DNA of 64,000 nucleotides from Lytechinus pictus (lineage: Eukaryota). Below are positions 38,735 through 51,679 of the stretch, piece by piece (positions within the stretch are counted from its first letter, which is position 1; each line of letters begins with the position of its first letter). Where the stretch lies: positions 4,092,001 to 4,156,000 of the forward strand of contig NC_087245.1 in the NCBI RefSeq assembly GCF_037042905.1. The letters run 5' to 3'. A program made the position numbers and the translations under genes. The notes below the pieces were generated by a model. That model was not told the origin of the DNA. It saw nothing but the letters and a program-made list of their open reading frames with translations, and made no database searches.

Positions 38735-40221
38735 CGTCACAGTCTCCTGGTTGGTTAAAAATGGAGGCACCAGCCTTTCTGCTATCTACAGGGAGAGGAA
38801 ATGTGTAGGCCTAATTAATGCACGACACGAGACGTAGCTATAGGTTATCTACTCTCTGAGTTAAATACACCTTGGACTTCATACGATAAACTGGTGATAA
38901 CAAACAGTTTAACTAGTATAATACACACCAAATGCCAACCATTTGAATTCCTTGTGCATTTGCGTCAACTTAATATTTATTCTGCTGAAATCCGCAGAGA
39001 GAGAGAGAGAGAAATGTGTGCCTGTAGTCGTGCTGGATACATACACGTGACTGAGAGTTCCGTCACGAGTGAATCCTGTTCGAGAGGAAAGATTAAGAAC
39101 ATTTGAATAAATTATGGCATGTTGCCAATAGTAACCCACACTGTTAAACGATTGTCGTGCGATCAACACCGAGGTCGAGGTCATGTACCATAGCCACCTC
39201 GCGTCAAGGGTATAATTGTCTGTGGGTTGGGGGGGGGGGGGGGCCGCGGGGACGGACAGCCCCATTCATCATGAGCGGTGCAAGTTTGCACCTGTCCATT
39301 GGGAGGGTGGTCAACTAGCCCTTGATTTGTATCTAACATAACAGTAAATACAATAAAAAAAATATATATTTGTTACCCCCTCCGCTATCAAAATACCGCG
39401 AAGCCGCTCCTGAATAGACCGACCTGTACTACTTACATTATCTTTAATTCAGTCTTTTAACCCACCAGCATTTTACAATTATGATTATCTGGAAGGCACA
39501 TATTGCAAAACACTATGGCATATGTTGATGGGATAATCCAATTTGAAAAAGATGGAAATTATGTTAGCGAAACTGAGGAGAAAGTAAGAATTTATAAAAC
39601 AAAACGAAACAAAACAGAATATTTATATGGTTTAAAAAATTAAGGAAGTACACTTTATTTTCATTGTACAAAACCAGGAACGATTCAAAATCTACCTTGA
39701 TACTCGATTTCGACACTTTATTATTTGAAAAAATATGACAAATAGTTTACTTTAAAACAAATTTTTTGTTCACATTCATCATGAGTAGCATAAATATAAA
39801 TTTCCCTATCATCAATCAAATCATCAATAAAAAAACACAGATTGAAAAAATTACAGACTTTTCCCCAATTTCTACACACGTAAGCCAACTATTTCGTTCA
39901 GCTGGAATTAACAAAAAACAGCATAATACATCTTTTAAAAAAATTAATTAACAACTTCATGAGATGATTACAAAAAATATATTAATCTCCGAATTCTATT
40001 ACAAATGGTTTTGTTGAAAATGACTTAATGAAAGACGTCATAACATTTATACTTATAATATCATTTTTCGAATAAAGTAAGCTTGTTATGTTAATGAATG
40101 GGGTTAATTGAGTTGATCAGCGATCAGTTCAATAGTGGGCACCTGTCATATCATTATATTTATGTCTTCAGAATTCAAATGTAAATTAAATAAACATTAT
40201 TTGTATCTTTGCTTTAGGCAA

Positions 40222-40455
40222 ACCAGTAGCCTGTAACACAAAGCATAGCAATTAATCATATTGATTTTCACAATTGATTGTACGTATATGCAATCAATTA
40301 TTGTAGGAAAAATGTACTACGATTGAGACCATGTTCCTGTAACACAAAGGTTAGCGATTAATTTTACGCTTGATTTTCACGATTGATTGTACATTGTAGT
40401 CAATGGAATCAATCGTAGAAAAACCATTGCTAAGCTTTGTGTTACCGGGCCCCTG
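40222..40455. mobile_element. Short MITE with an internally duplicated left end
   Basis: cctgtaacacaaag occurs twice (about 40230 and 40336) and is inverted as ctttgtgttaccgg at about 40435. Confidence 0.55.
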
Positions 40456-40984
40456 GAGTGTCATAATTATAGGAATCATTATTACATGTAATGTCTGTTC
40501 CCAATGGCGTACATATAGGGACTCGGTAATGGGGGAGGGGCTCCCCCTAAAAAAATCCGTCCTAAAATCATATTTTCATTTTAAAAAAGTAAATATTGCT
40601 CTCTCACTTCACTTGTACGCGACTATTTAGACAATTTATTTCCGTACGACATCTCTTTGCCCCCTCATCAATTCTTTTTGCTCATTACGCCTATATTAAC
40701 TAAGTTGTTGTATTTACAATAGTGAATAGAAATGGCTACCGTCTCCATGGGCAGTACATTGTCGATCAATGCTAATTAAGTAGGCCTAATGGATAAATAC
40801 TGTCGAGATGTAAGTCTATATGCAAATATGCCAGTAAATATCATTATAAATGAACTTTAGATACCGTTGTTTTTCTTTCAGCAATAGATTGCGAATTCTC
40901 AAGAAAGAAGACTAAAAATAGCGCGTATAATGATGAGAGTAAAAAAGCATGTCTAATTTAGTCATCCATTATTTTCTCCTTTTG

Positions 40985-42476
40985 ATTTGTCAGGTACCTA
41001 TTACGTTTGTGTATTCCATAAAGTTCGAAAAATATCCCTATTCGGGTCTGATTGCCAAAACGTAACAGCTAGAACTGCACGTGCATTTTGATTGGTGAGT
41101 TATGTATATTTCATTATTAATTCTATAAGAAACTACTTAAAATCCGCATTTCATGACAGTTTATCAAAAATTTCGGCTCGCGATTTGCGCTAGCATTAAT
41201 TGTTAAAAATATATTAACTCTTGCATCCTATTCATAACTACAAAAGTACTTGAAATGTTAAGTTTTCAGGCCATATTAACATATTTCGTGCTCTCAATGG
41301 GCTTGTTAGATTAATAAATAAATAAATAATATTTTAATTTCATAATTAAATTTTCCTTTTTTCAGAATGGAATATCGACAAGTTTCATCTCGCGTTTAGA
41401 AAAAGGGAAATGAAGATAGTCATCATTTTCATGTGATGACGAAATGTCCTAAGAATATCCCGATCCTATATGTCAAAACTCAAGTAATAATAATGAAAAG
41501 TATAAGCTATTTATTAAGAGCGATCCATATCCACCTCATAATTTTCCTACAAAGCGCTTGAAATATAGAGCTTAAATTGACACTTTTTCAGATCGGAATA
41601 TGAAATAATTTAAACTCGCGCTTCGTGCTCGCATTATTGATTTTCATGATAAAAAATGTATTTAGAGTGCCCAGATTCTATAGGTCTAAATCTGAAACAC
41701 GCACACCCATGTCTATTGAGATACGCAGCTTGTTCTCTATTTAAATGGTTATCCAGTTTCAGATCAGAATATCAAAAATGTTCTGCTCGCGCTTTGCGCC
41801 CGCATTATTAATGTAGGAAGATCCCCAATTACTCATCCTTTTCATGATTTACAAAACATGAAAAAGTGTCCCGTTTTTAGGTCCAAGTCTCGAATTTTTC
41901 GGCTCGCGCTTCGCGTTCGCATGCATCTGATTGTTTAGTTATATATCTATCCTGTTCACGATTACAAAAAGTGCTTAGAATTTCCAGTCTTTAGGTAGAA
42001 CTGTCACAAACTTTCAGCTCGCGCTTCGCGCTCGCATTATTTGATTGTTGAAATATGTAACGTCTTCATGGCTAACTGCAAGCAATCCTTAACAGGTCCC
42101 TTTTCGATCATGAGATCAAAACGTATATTAAAAATTTCTGCTCGCGCTTCGCGCTCGCATTTATTATTTAGTTGCATACAATGTTCAAATTTTAGGACAA
42201 GTGAGGTGTGAATATTACACCACTCTCGTTTCTGATTGTTGAGTTATATACCTATCCTGTTCACGATTACAATAGTGCTTAGAATTTCCAATCTTTAGGT
42301 AGAACTTTAAAAAATGTCAGAATAAAGCTAAAAAGTGACTATTAGGACTACCCCTTCAAAGAGACAAACAAAAATCAACTTCGAGCGGCCGATCGGCCGA
42401 TCGGGGAAAATTTGGCCGAAAAAAAATTCCGCCCCCCCCCCCCCCCCCCCATTGGCGAAGGCTGGATCCGCCCCTG
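40985..42476. mobile_element. Truncated copy of the GCGAAGC-motif element (homologous to about 10415-11791)
   Basis: Collinear with the 10.4-11.8 kb copy and ends in gctggatccgcccctg. Confidence 0.8.
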
Positions 42477-43010
42477 CTGGATATTACCATGTAGACTATA
42501 TTCCAATTATTATTGAGTTTCATGTAATACTGTCAATTTAAAGGAATCCTCGCTAATACGTTCCCATGAAATAAAAGTCTATTAATTTGAATTATTGCAA
42601 TCAAGCGAATTAGAAGTTAGCTGAAGAAATTAATCAACGAGCCTGAAATTCTAGACTAGCAGTGTGTTTTAAAACCAAGGACAATGCATACAAATCATAG
42701 CCGACTCTTTAGAAAGATACCCTACTCTTGCTATACACACGCACAAATTGTGAATAGGTTTTCACTCATATTTAATGAAGTAAGCTCTCTCTATAGTTAG
42801 CTTGCGCTAGCGCTACGATACGTACGTCGCCTTTACGGAGCTAGGAGCTTGCTAGCCTTGATCTATCGTGAATAGTGACAGAAATTTATCCATCATCACT
42901 TTGTAATCTGATATTCTACGGCTTTTTCTTATTTTCCCATATGCGTCGCTTGGTTGTTGTGGTAGAAGCAGTGTACATTCTACACAATACGAGTATCATC
43001 ATACGATCAT

Positions 43011-43919
43011 ATGAGCAACAATCGTGTGAATCCTGACAATTCGAGTCAAATTGAACTGATGGCGCAGAAACAGAGAAGCAACGATGGGCAGTGGCAAGCC
43101 CAACATGATGAACAAGGCATTATTGGAGCAAATACCGCAGACCATAGCATTGGTTGCTGCGGGGTGTTCCTCATGCTTATTTCGGTGTTACTAGTGATCT
43201 GCACGCTCCCATTTTCATTATTTATCTGCATAAAGGTGGTTCAGGAGTATGAAAGAGCAGTTATCTTTAGACTTGGGCGTCTCTTGTCTGGTGGTGCTAA
43301 AGGACCGGGTCTCTTCTTCATCCTACCTTGCATCGAGGATTACAGAAAGGTAGATCTTCGTACCATTTCGTTTGATATTCCTCCTCAAGAGATTCTGACC
43401 AGGGATAGCTTAACCATCTCTGTGGATGCTGTGGTCTTCTACCGTGTCAAGAATGCCACCGTCAGCATCGCCAATGTTGAAGACGCAGGCAGATCAACCA
43501 GACTTCTGGCTCAGACGACACTTCGTAATGTCCTCGGCACCAAGAATCTGTCGGAGGTCCTGGCAGAACGTGAAGGTATCAGTCACTACATGCAGTCCAC
43601 CCTCGACCATGACACCGACCCTTGGGGTATCCAAGTAGAGCGAGTTGAGATCAAGGATGTTCGTTTACCTGTCCAGCTCCAGAGAGCCATGGCTGCTGAA
43701 GCTGAAGCTTCCAGAGAGGCTAGGGCTAAGGTGATTGCTGCTGAAGGAGAGCAGAATGCTGCTCGTGCTTTGAAGGAAGCTGCAGATACTATTGCCGAAT
43801 CTCCATCGGCTCTTCAGCTGAGGTACCTCCAGACCCTCAACACCATTGCAGCAGAAAAGAATTCCACTATTATCTTTCCACTTCCTATTGATCTTATCAA
43901 TGGTGTTATGAAAAAGTAA
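43011..43919 (+). CDS. Stomatin/band-7 family protein, paralog 5, single-exon CDS, 302 aa with a longer N-terminus
   Basis: Intact ORF with SPFH motifs, divergently oriented to paralog 4. A second in-frame Met (MAQKQ) could be the true start. Confidence 0.95.
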   Translation: MSNNRVNPDNSSQIELMAQKQRSNDGQWQAQHDEQGIIGANTADHSIGCCGVFLMLISVLLVICTLPFSLFICIKVVQEYERAVIFRLGRLLSGGAKGPGLFFILPCIEDYRKVDLRTISFDIPPQEILTRDSLTISVDAVVFYRVKNATVSIANVEDAGRSTRLLAQTTLRNVLGTKNLSEVLAEREGISHYMQSTLDHDTDPWGIQVERVEIKDVRLPVQLQRAMAAEAEASREARAKVIAAEGEQNAARALKEAADTIAESPSALQLRYLQTLNTIAAEKNSTIIFPLPIDLINGVMKK

Positions 43920-45108
43920 ACTCCATTGTAATGCCTGTAACACAATCCCACATCAAGAGACAGGCAATCACATCTTTTCATTTTGAAGAAGAATTTTTCA
44001 TTCAATTATTTGGAAGTTGGTAACTTTTATACTCTTAATGTTCTGGCTTTTTAATATGAGATTTTTTAATCTGATTAAGATAATTTGTTTAAGGCTGCCA
44101 AAACAGGAATCCTTTTATTTGGTAAATTGTAGGGTCTGTCTACACTGTGCAAATCCAGGGTGCAAATGCATTTCATAAGAGATGTTTGGGCATTTTCTTG
44201 CATGTAGTCATCAAAAATTATTTTGTTTGATAAAGAATTTTGAGCCATTTTGGGGTTATCGTTACTTAATTGTAGATTATTTTAAGCAAATCGAGATTAT
44301 TCTAGGCCTACCCGGTATATGTTTTTTTTCGCTCAAGACAGCATGTCATGCATTTATTTTGATGCTAAAATTCAAAGTCAGATTTGCAGTTCATTTGTCT
44401 TTTTCATACGCTACGTGTACCTTATGGTTGTTACATAAAAAATGGATCTCCTTACAAGCTTGGAAACTTAAATTGTTCATTGCACAGAAGGTGCAATCTA
44501 CAATGTACATGTAGAGTACATCTGTCTTCATGAATGGGTATTCACATTTTCAGATTGATTTCTATCTATAAAAAAAATATGTCAATCCTAATAATACTTA
44601 GGCCTATGCCTTTGATTTTGCACAAATGTATAGCAATCAAGACATTATTTGTGCCTGTACAGTATAGATTAAATAATACATTAATGGAATCATGTGCAAT
44701 CCTTTTAATTGATACATGGATGTACATGTATGACATGTTTCTCTCCGCAAATGGATTGATAATAAATGAAGTGCATGTAACGAAAGTGATCTACATGTAC
44801 ATGTATGTCACATTCCCTATCATATATATGTAACACAGGGTGTAGTCAAAATGCATGCGATATTTGATGTGTGTGCGGTTGCCATCTAGATGTAATTTAA
44901 ATAACCTAAGCATTAATCCTTCATTGTATAATTCACTCAGTAAATGTATACATGTACATGTACTGTACTATTAATTGGTATCTATGTGCACATCTTATCC
45001 TGTATTTCCATTTGTCTTTGTATATATGCATATCTAACTTATATCTTATTCTCACATTGTTTTTATATTTATTTTACCATTCAAAAATGGTAACTCTTTA
45101 CTCACATG

Positions 45109-45415
45109 GGGCCGTATTCTGAAGTCGGGTTTAACTTAAACTCAGGTTTAAAGTTGTGGTTTAAGTATGGATAGCCAATTGTTACGTAAATTACTAACAG
45201 TAGAGATATCATATTTCAGCTCATTTGGCTCTCAAATCATTCATAATTGTCTAGGAAGTATAAAAAGATGATTGTATTCACCATTGATGAATCAGGAAAG
45301 AGCACAGTAAACATAAGAAACATACAACATAGTAAAAATTTTGACACTTTTGGCTTCCCATAATTTTAGCACAGAGACCATGGTCTAAGTTAAACCTGAC
45401 TTCAGAATATGGGCC
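45109..45415. mobile_element. PIF/Harbinger-like MITE with 3-bp TSD
   Basis: TIR gggccgtattctgaagtcgggtttaactta / taagttaaacctgacttcagaatatgggcc, flanked by atg on both sides. Confidence 0.82.
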
Positions 45416-47100
45416 ATGGGGTATAATTAAATTCACAATTGGACCGCAGTAAGAAGTTGGTTGGTTACATTGAGAACAATTCTACTGTACATGTATTTGG
45501 ACATGTAGCTTCTGGGTGAAATTGATCCGAATCATGTTCACTTGTCTATCCATGTACATGTATGACAGTCTTATGAAGGAACTCTTTTATATCAAGGAGT
45601 TTTGCATGTTCTTCCTTGTGATTGATTATGTATTGTAGTGTATAGTGTTTAAACATACATATATCATTTGTTGTTTTCTCAGGGGTTTAGGGGAGAATGT
45701 GCATGATTTCATTATTGTAATTGTAAATTACACCTTGCATCTTTTTATTTCAATTCTCATGAGAGGTTTGTCCGTTTATTTGTAGAGTTTTTTTTTATAA
45801 ATCAGTGTTTGTTGAGTGTAATGAATTAATGAAAGTTGCATTCTATGACACACAAATTGGCATAATAGGATTCTCCTCCTGTTTGCTCATTACTATTAGA
45901 AAAAATGAGTGTACACATACATATGTACCTCAACAAAATTCTCTCATCAACAATTCTGTAACAACATTTTCTTCTTTTTTATTTCATATACAGAGCAAAT
46001 TACTGTACATGTACATGTAGCCTGCTGCTTGTATTGACAGGGCAAATAGGTGCAGACTTATTGTAATTCAATTGAACAGATTTTGTTATCAACTTGATAA
46101 CACTGACATCCTTTATAATTTATTAATTGTATTTGGATCGTGATGATATAATTTTATATATTTTTTTTTAGTTTTTAGTTCGAGAACAATTTGGTCGTAA
46201 GCTCATATAGGTGGATAATCAACTGTGAGCTGCATCTAGTGTGTCATTCTCCAAACGCATTGTGGATCTATCACCTATTATTAGTATCCTACTACAACAC
46301 TGCCCTTTTTTACTCTAGCGCCATCTCTAGTTATAAAATGAAGATTCTCGCAGATTTTGTTGCATCAAAGTCAAACTTGGCGTATTATGTTAACTATCAA
46401 TGGCAATTACGATTGAAAACAATGTCGATTGACTGTTGAGTGAAAATAAAGTAGTTGCTGGATTGATGACTGAAATTAACTGTAAACGGTTATTCGATGC
46501 AGCAGTTAAAAAAAATCCTCTATACATGTATATTTTTTTCTTTTTTTACAATAATTTGTGCAAAATCATCATACAATTTGAAACGATTCATGTACTTTCT
46601 TGTTAATGCTTTGTATTTACACTCTGTATTATATTAAAAAAAACAGTTATCAAGTCTATTTATATATTTGTGATCAGTAGTGATCATTAAAAAAAAATCT
46701 TCTTCATTTGAGTTTGATTGAAAAAATAACAAAGGATGCTGTTGACCTTTATTGTATTCGTACGTACATGTAGGATGCGTGAGTGACAGCGAGAGAAAGA
46801 GCGAGAGAGATTCTTTGGGGAATGAATGAGTAAGAAGGAGGGGGGAGGGAGGGGGGGATATGAATTTGGAGAGGGAGAAGGAGAGTGAAATACATGAGAA
46901 AAAGAATGTTAAAAACTGAAATGAATCGATGCAGGCGAGATGGAGATGTGAGTTTGATAGACATGTCAAACATCTTTTCTTTTATTTCATATTAGTGTGA
47001 TCTTTTATGGGGTTTCAATCAATAAAATAAAATACAGAAAAATAACTTACTAAATTACCTACCAAGAATGAACTAGGCCTACTACATTTTTATGAATCAA

Positions 47101-47131
<31 letters not shown>

Positions 47132-47289
47132 GGGGGGGGAGCTTGCTTCTCTCCCAATATTTCACTGATAGTGAAAATAATAAGAATAATTCACTCACTG
47201 ATTGATGGTGGGGGGGGGGGGTGGATGATGATGGAAGAGGCCACACTCTATTTTCTATTCATATCCTATGTTTCTTATACAATGTCAAT

Positions 47290-47773
47290 AAAGGGAAAGT
47301 TCACCCCGACGATAAGTTGGTTTTAATACAATCAGGGGAAAATATTGATGAAGGTTTAATCCGTCAAAGAATAATGAAGTTACGATTTTCTTTTGGTGAA
47401 GTCACAGACGAGCAGCTCCCCCATTATGTCGTGTTATATATAAATTTCACAATTAAAATCCCTTTTCTCAAAAGTTTAAAAGTGATTTCATTTATGTTGG
47501 GATTTTCCATCATGTAAACCATTCTGTACCCCCTTCTCTAAGAAAAATATTATATTCATCACATTCCGTTGAAAATATGAAATTTATTAACTTTATATTA
47601 ATTAGACCTATATATGAGGAGCTGCTCATAAATATGACGTCACAAATCAAAACATTTTAAATATTCTTACCTTTCTTATTCCTTGGTAGATATTCATTCC
47701 ACCTCCACCAACATTTTCCTCCATTTTTTTCTCCTTTTATTAAAATCGACCTCGGAATCAACTTTCCCTTTTA
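47290..47773. mobile_element. Older Kolobok-like MITE
   Basis: taaagggaaagtt ... aactttccctttta termini. A related left end (ttaaaggtcaagtccacccc) occurs near 29313. Confidence 0.55.
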
Positions 47774-50176
47774 CGTGGTTTAAATAACGGGAGGACTGTG
47801 CATGCCATTCAATGTTTCCGTCGTTTACAATGAAATCGCGCCCTCATACAAAACTCTCTCTGCCGCGAACTATTCATAATTATTTTGTTGCTTTGATTAT
47901 TAATGAATAAAATAATACCCAAATTATGTTTTATGTGTTCCTCCATATTTGATTCCTAGGATGTTCCATTTAATTATTATTTCTTTGCCTATAGTGACTC
48001 ACTTTTTTGTTCGTGATTTTATGGATGTTTGTTCATTCTTATAATATAACACTAAAAATTAGAGGAATTACATCCATCCATGTATTACATCGTGTTTACA
48101 TCAGAAAAGCATTTCCCCATGTCACCCTCGCATCCAATGACACAAAATGGAAGAATTTACGTACATATGTATATATATATTCAGCATGAATATAGTTTCT
48201 ATCATTTTGAGCAGAATGCTTAATTAAAAATGTCCTTGGCTTTATTGTCATCGTGGTATTGCGTTGTTTACGCAGGAACAACAGGAAATTGCAACTGCGA
48301 TACTATCTGGTGCATAGGGAAAGACCCATTTTAAATTATCTAATTAATATGGAAGAATTCTGAAGACATTCCATGATTGTCATTTGAGAGTGACCATGAC
48401 GTCATGAATCTAATGAAAATGCTTAGATCAGTCTCTTTTAATGCACGGCCCAAGTACTGCTTTCTTTATGGCTAAACCCAATGTTGAAATTTGTAGAGTA
48501 AAGGACTTTCATAATTATTTGGATATTCTTTTCCATTTAGTCGCTGTTTGTTCGTATGGTCAAGAGCAAGAAGGAGCCGAAAAAGTGATCACGATATAAT
48601 TTCCTGAAGGAACATTATAATATAAATGAAGAGGATATAGAATAATTGAAAATCAATAACGATGTCTGCATCGATTCTGGTTGTTTTGACCGTTTTATCG
48701 ATATTCGCCATTGGAGAGGGAAGTAAGTTTATCAAAATTATTTGACCAAGCAGCTGGAGATTGGTGTGTTATATCAGCTTGTACCCCACGCTCCCCCCCC
48801 CAAAAAAAAAAATGTTCTAACTATTGGATAAGGGAGCGTAGCGACCAACCGAAACGAATCATCTATTCGAACTGCTTGGAAAACAATTCAGGACTTGACC
48901 TACATGAACCATGCACGGGGCATGTGATTTCACCCTCCGATATAGGAGTGACAAGACTGCCAGTCAGGAAGCGGACCTGTGTTGTTAATCTCTCCATGCG
49001 TTTCCGAGTGAGCAATGCGAACGATCGAGATTTTTTTTACTTTTAAGAGCGAGTTTTTCACAGTTTGGAGATCTCTGAAATTAAAGTATAAAGGGTATTA
49101 TAACATGGATTGATGGTTTAAACGTCAATGGTGACCGAAGAGAAAAGTGATATTTGCATTTACAGAACTTTATTATTAACTTCCAAATAAATGAAGGCCT
49201 AAAGCATTTTTTCTGAATGGAATAGTACTCATCATGGTAGATAACAAAAGAACATAACCCCGGGATCGCTACCCTTCAGAGCATATTTTAGAGTCAAATC
49301 ACTAAATATTTTTAATAACCTATATTCTCGGTCAGGGGGAATATAGCGACGGAGCCATTAGAATAACAAGATTTCAGAGTGCTTTTGACAAAACAGACAA
49401 ATCGAGGGTGAACCGGAATTAGTATTTTTAAATTCGTGGTGGGAGAATGATTTGAAGAAAAAAGTTGTTTGCCAACCCTGAATCATATTCAGCATTGTGT
49501 TTGCTCGATAGTTTATATTGCAGGGAATCATTGACTTGCTGTACTCGAACTTTCAATCGTGTTAATAGAGCATTAACGTATTTTGAATCTAGATTTGCGA
49601 GAGAGCGTGAGGTGACCGGACGACAAAATTTTCGAATTTGAATATAGTAGAAGTCGTCATTTTAGATCCCATAACGACATGAATGGATATCGTATCATTC
49701 AATACACATTGTGAAAAATATTGTGTAAAATTTTAACCAGCACGAGGGTAATTATGTGTCCAACAAATGTTGGGCAGTATTTTACCCAATGCGGGAAGCA
49801 TATTGTCTAGTAATGTTAAATATATAAGCGGCAATTACTTTGGAATGGGCAAAATTTTCACCACGATGGATAAATAAAAATGCCCAATGTTGGTTGGAAA
49901 CATAATTACCATGATTACCCTCATGGAGCAGTTTTACCCAATATTTTTTTACCCGATATTTTTTTCGAAATGACGTTTTATTATTTATTATGATCTATGT
50001 TTTTGAGCCTAATGCGTCTCCATTACAATACGCCTAGTTACACAAGGCAATTGTTCATGGAAACGCGGTACTTTTGTCATTTACTTGATAAAGACGGTAT
50101 GTACTCGTCGAAAATTTGTAGACTTCAATAAATTTTGTTGGATTAAAGCATGAAAGTTTCAACCTTGGTTTTTTTT

Positions 50177-50214
<38 letters not shown>

Positions 50215-50738
50215 AGCCATATACATATAAGCCGCGTCTACCATTGTTCTCTTCATCCATTTCTTTCACAATATATATATATATGCAACCACTTTGTCTT
50301 AATTCTGTTTGGTCTCATCCCAAATGATCTAATGCTAGTTCATCTCCATTTGAACCCCCCTTTTTGTTTTTAGCCCATTTACCACTTTTTTCTAAATTCC
50401 AGGTGGGCGAAATACCCCTTTGTCTGATGACACATTAGTCTAAAGAACAATTTCATGTGAAAACATTACAATGATAATAGGAAGACGAAGTGTACATTAT
50501 ACCAAGTGAGAATTCGACCAAGTAGTGATGACTGGACCAAGTGGTAATTAGACCAAATTGACAGAAGATCAAATGCGTTTAACCTTGATATTTAGACAAT
50601 AGATGCTAGTGGAGGTGGGTTTTTTTCAGTCCAATCAATTTTGGGAAAGGGGTGTATATTGCCCGTTTGGAAGCCTCTGATCGGGATTTCAATACACTTC
50701 GCATAATTTATTGTTTTACATAATCATTTTGTTCACAG

Positions 50739-50983
50739 CTTGTCCTGTTGACATGGATTTGGTTCTAAACTCGTGTTACTCATGGCATCATTCTCCTCTT
50801 AGTGCAGTAGAGGCAGAGGGATACTGCCCTAAACAGACAGGACCAAGAACCCTAGCAATGTTTGCCTCCCAGCAAGAAGTCAGTCAGGTGTATACCTACT
50901 TTTACAATAAGTCTGGAATCCAAGCTGGACAGACGATCGAAGTGGCCATTTGGGTTGCCAATGCGTCTATAGGAATGCCGTCT
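50739..50983 (+). CDS. Exon A of the lectin-mucin-PAN gene: N-terminal part of a C-type lectin-like domain
   Basis: Acceptor ttttgttcacAG ends at 50738 and donor GTAAGT starts at 50984 (phase 0). Translation CPVDMDLVLNSCY...EAEGYC...LAMFASQQE...IWVA fits the CTLD pattern CP-x-SCY / EA-xx-C / LA-x-S-xx-E / WIG. Confidence 0.8.
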
Positions 50984-51585
50984 GTAAGTATGACACCCCC
51001 CTCGCCACCCGATTTCCCCTTTGCTTTCATAAGACTTCAAAATTCTTATTCCGGGGGGGGGGGGGCACTGGCATTAAAAAGTGGATACCATGCTCGTACC
51101 CGAAAGCAACTATAAATGGTTGATTTTCATGCATGGTCGGACAATGTCTAAGCACATGGATAAAAGAGTATCAAACTTACCGAATTAAACAAAAAATGTA
51201 TGCATTAAAAACATGAAAATGCAAGTTTAGGTTACTCTGAGATCAAATCATGATAGGTTAATAGCTTATGAAATTACTTTTGAAATTCTAATAAGGAACA
51301 TGGTGCCCACTTTGTAATGAATTGCATTGGAAAAAAAGGAACGAGCGAGCAACGCGAGCGAGTCCTAAGATAAATCTGAATTTCATGATTCTGTAAGATT
51401 TATGCAAACCGATAAAAATCAATCAGAATATGATGAAAAGTAAGATGTTGAAACGTAAAATACATAGATGTACAAATGACAACTTAGTGAAGTAAATGGG
51501 GGGGGGGGGGGGATACCACCACAAAGTAAAGGGCCTACGCCGATGTATTGAAAACCACCTGCTATTTTTCTTTCGTTTTATCCAG

Positions 51586-51679
51586 CTTGGTCTTGGTTGT
51601 ACCATCTTTGCCACAGGAGGCGTTCTGTCGGATGAGCCATGTAACATACCACACGGTGTCCTTTGTGAAATAGAACTCG
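51586..51679 (+). CDS. Exon B of the lectin-mucin-PAN gene: C-terminal part of the CTLD
   Basis: Polypyrimidine acceptor tttttctttcgttttatccAG (phase 0) and donor G|GTGAG at 51680 (phase 1). Translation LGLGCTIFATGGVLSDEPCNIPHGVLCEIEL fits the CTLD ending C...D-x-x-C...(I/L)CE. Confidence 0.82.

Noticed and set aside
38735-38770. N-terminal extension of paralog 4 in the ORF track
   Set aside because: It starts at a non-ATG codon, and ATG 38734 matches the start of paralog 2.
3470-43919. Prokaryotic stomatin-NfeD operon or horizontally acquired DNA, suggested by the lack of introns
   Set aside because: The proteins are animal-type stomatins, no NfeD partner is present, and the flanks are full of animal SINE, LINE and MITE sequence.
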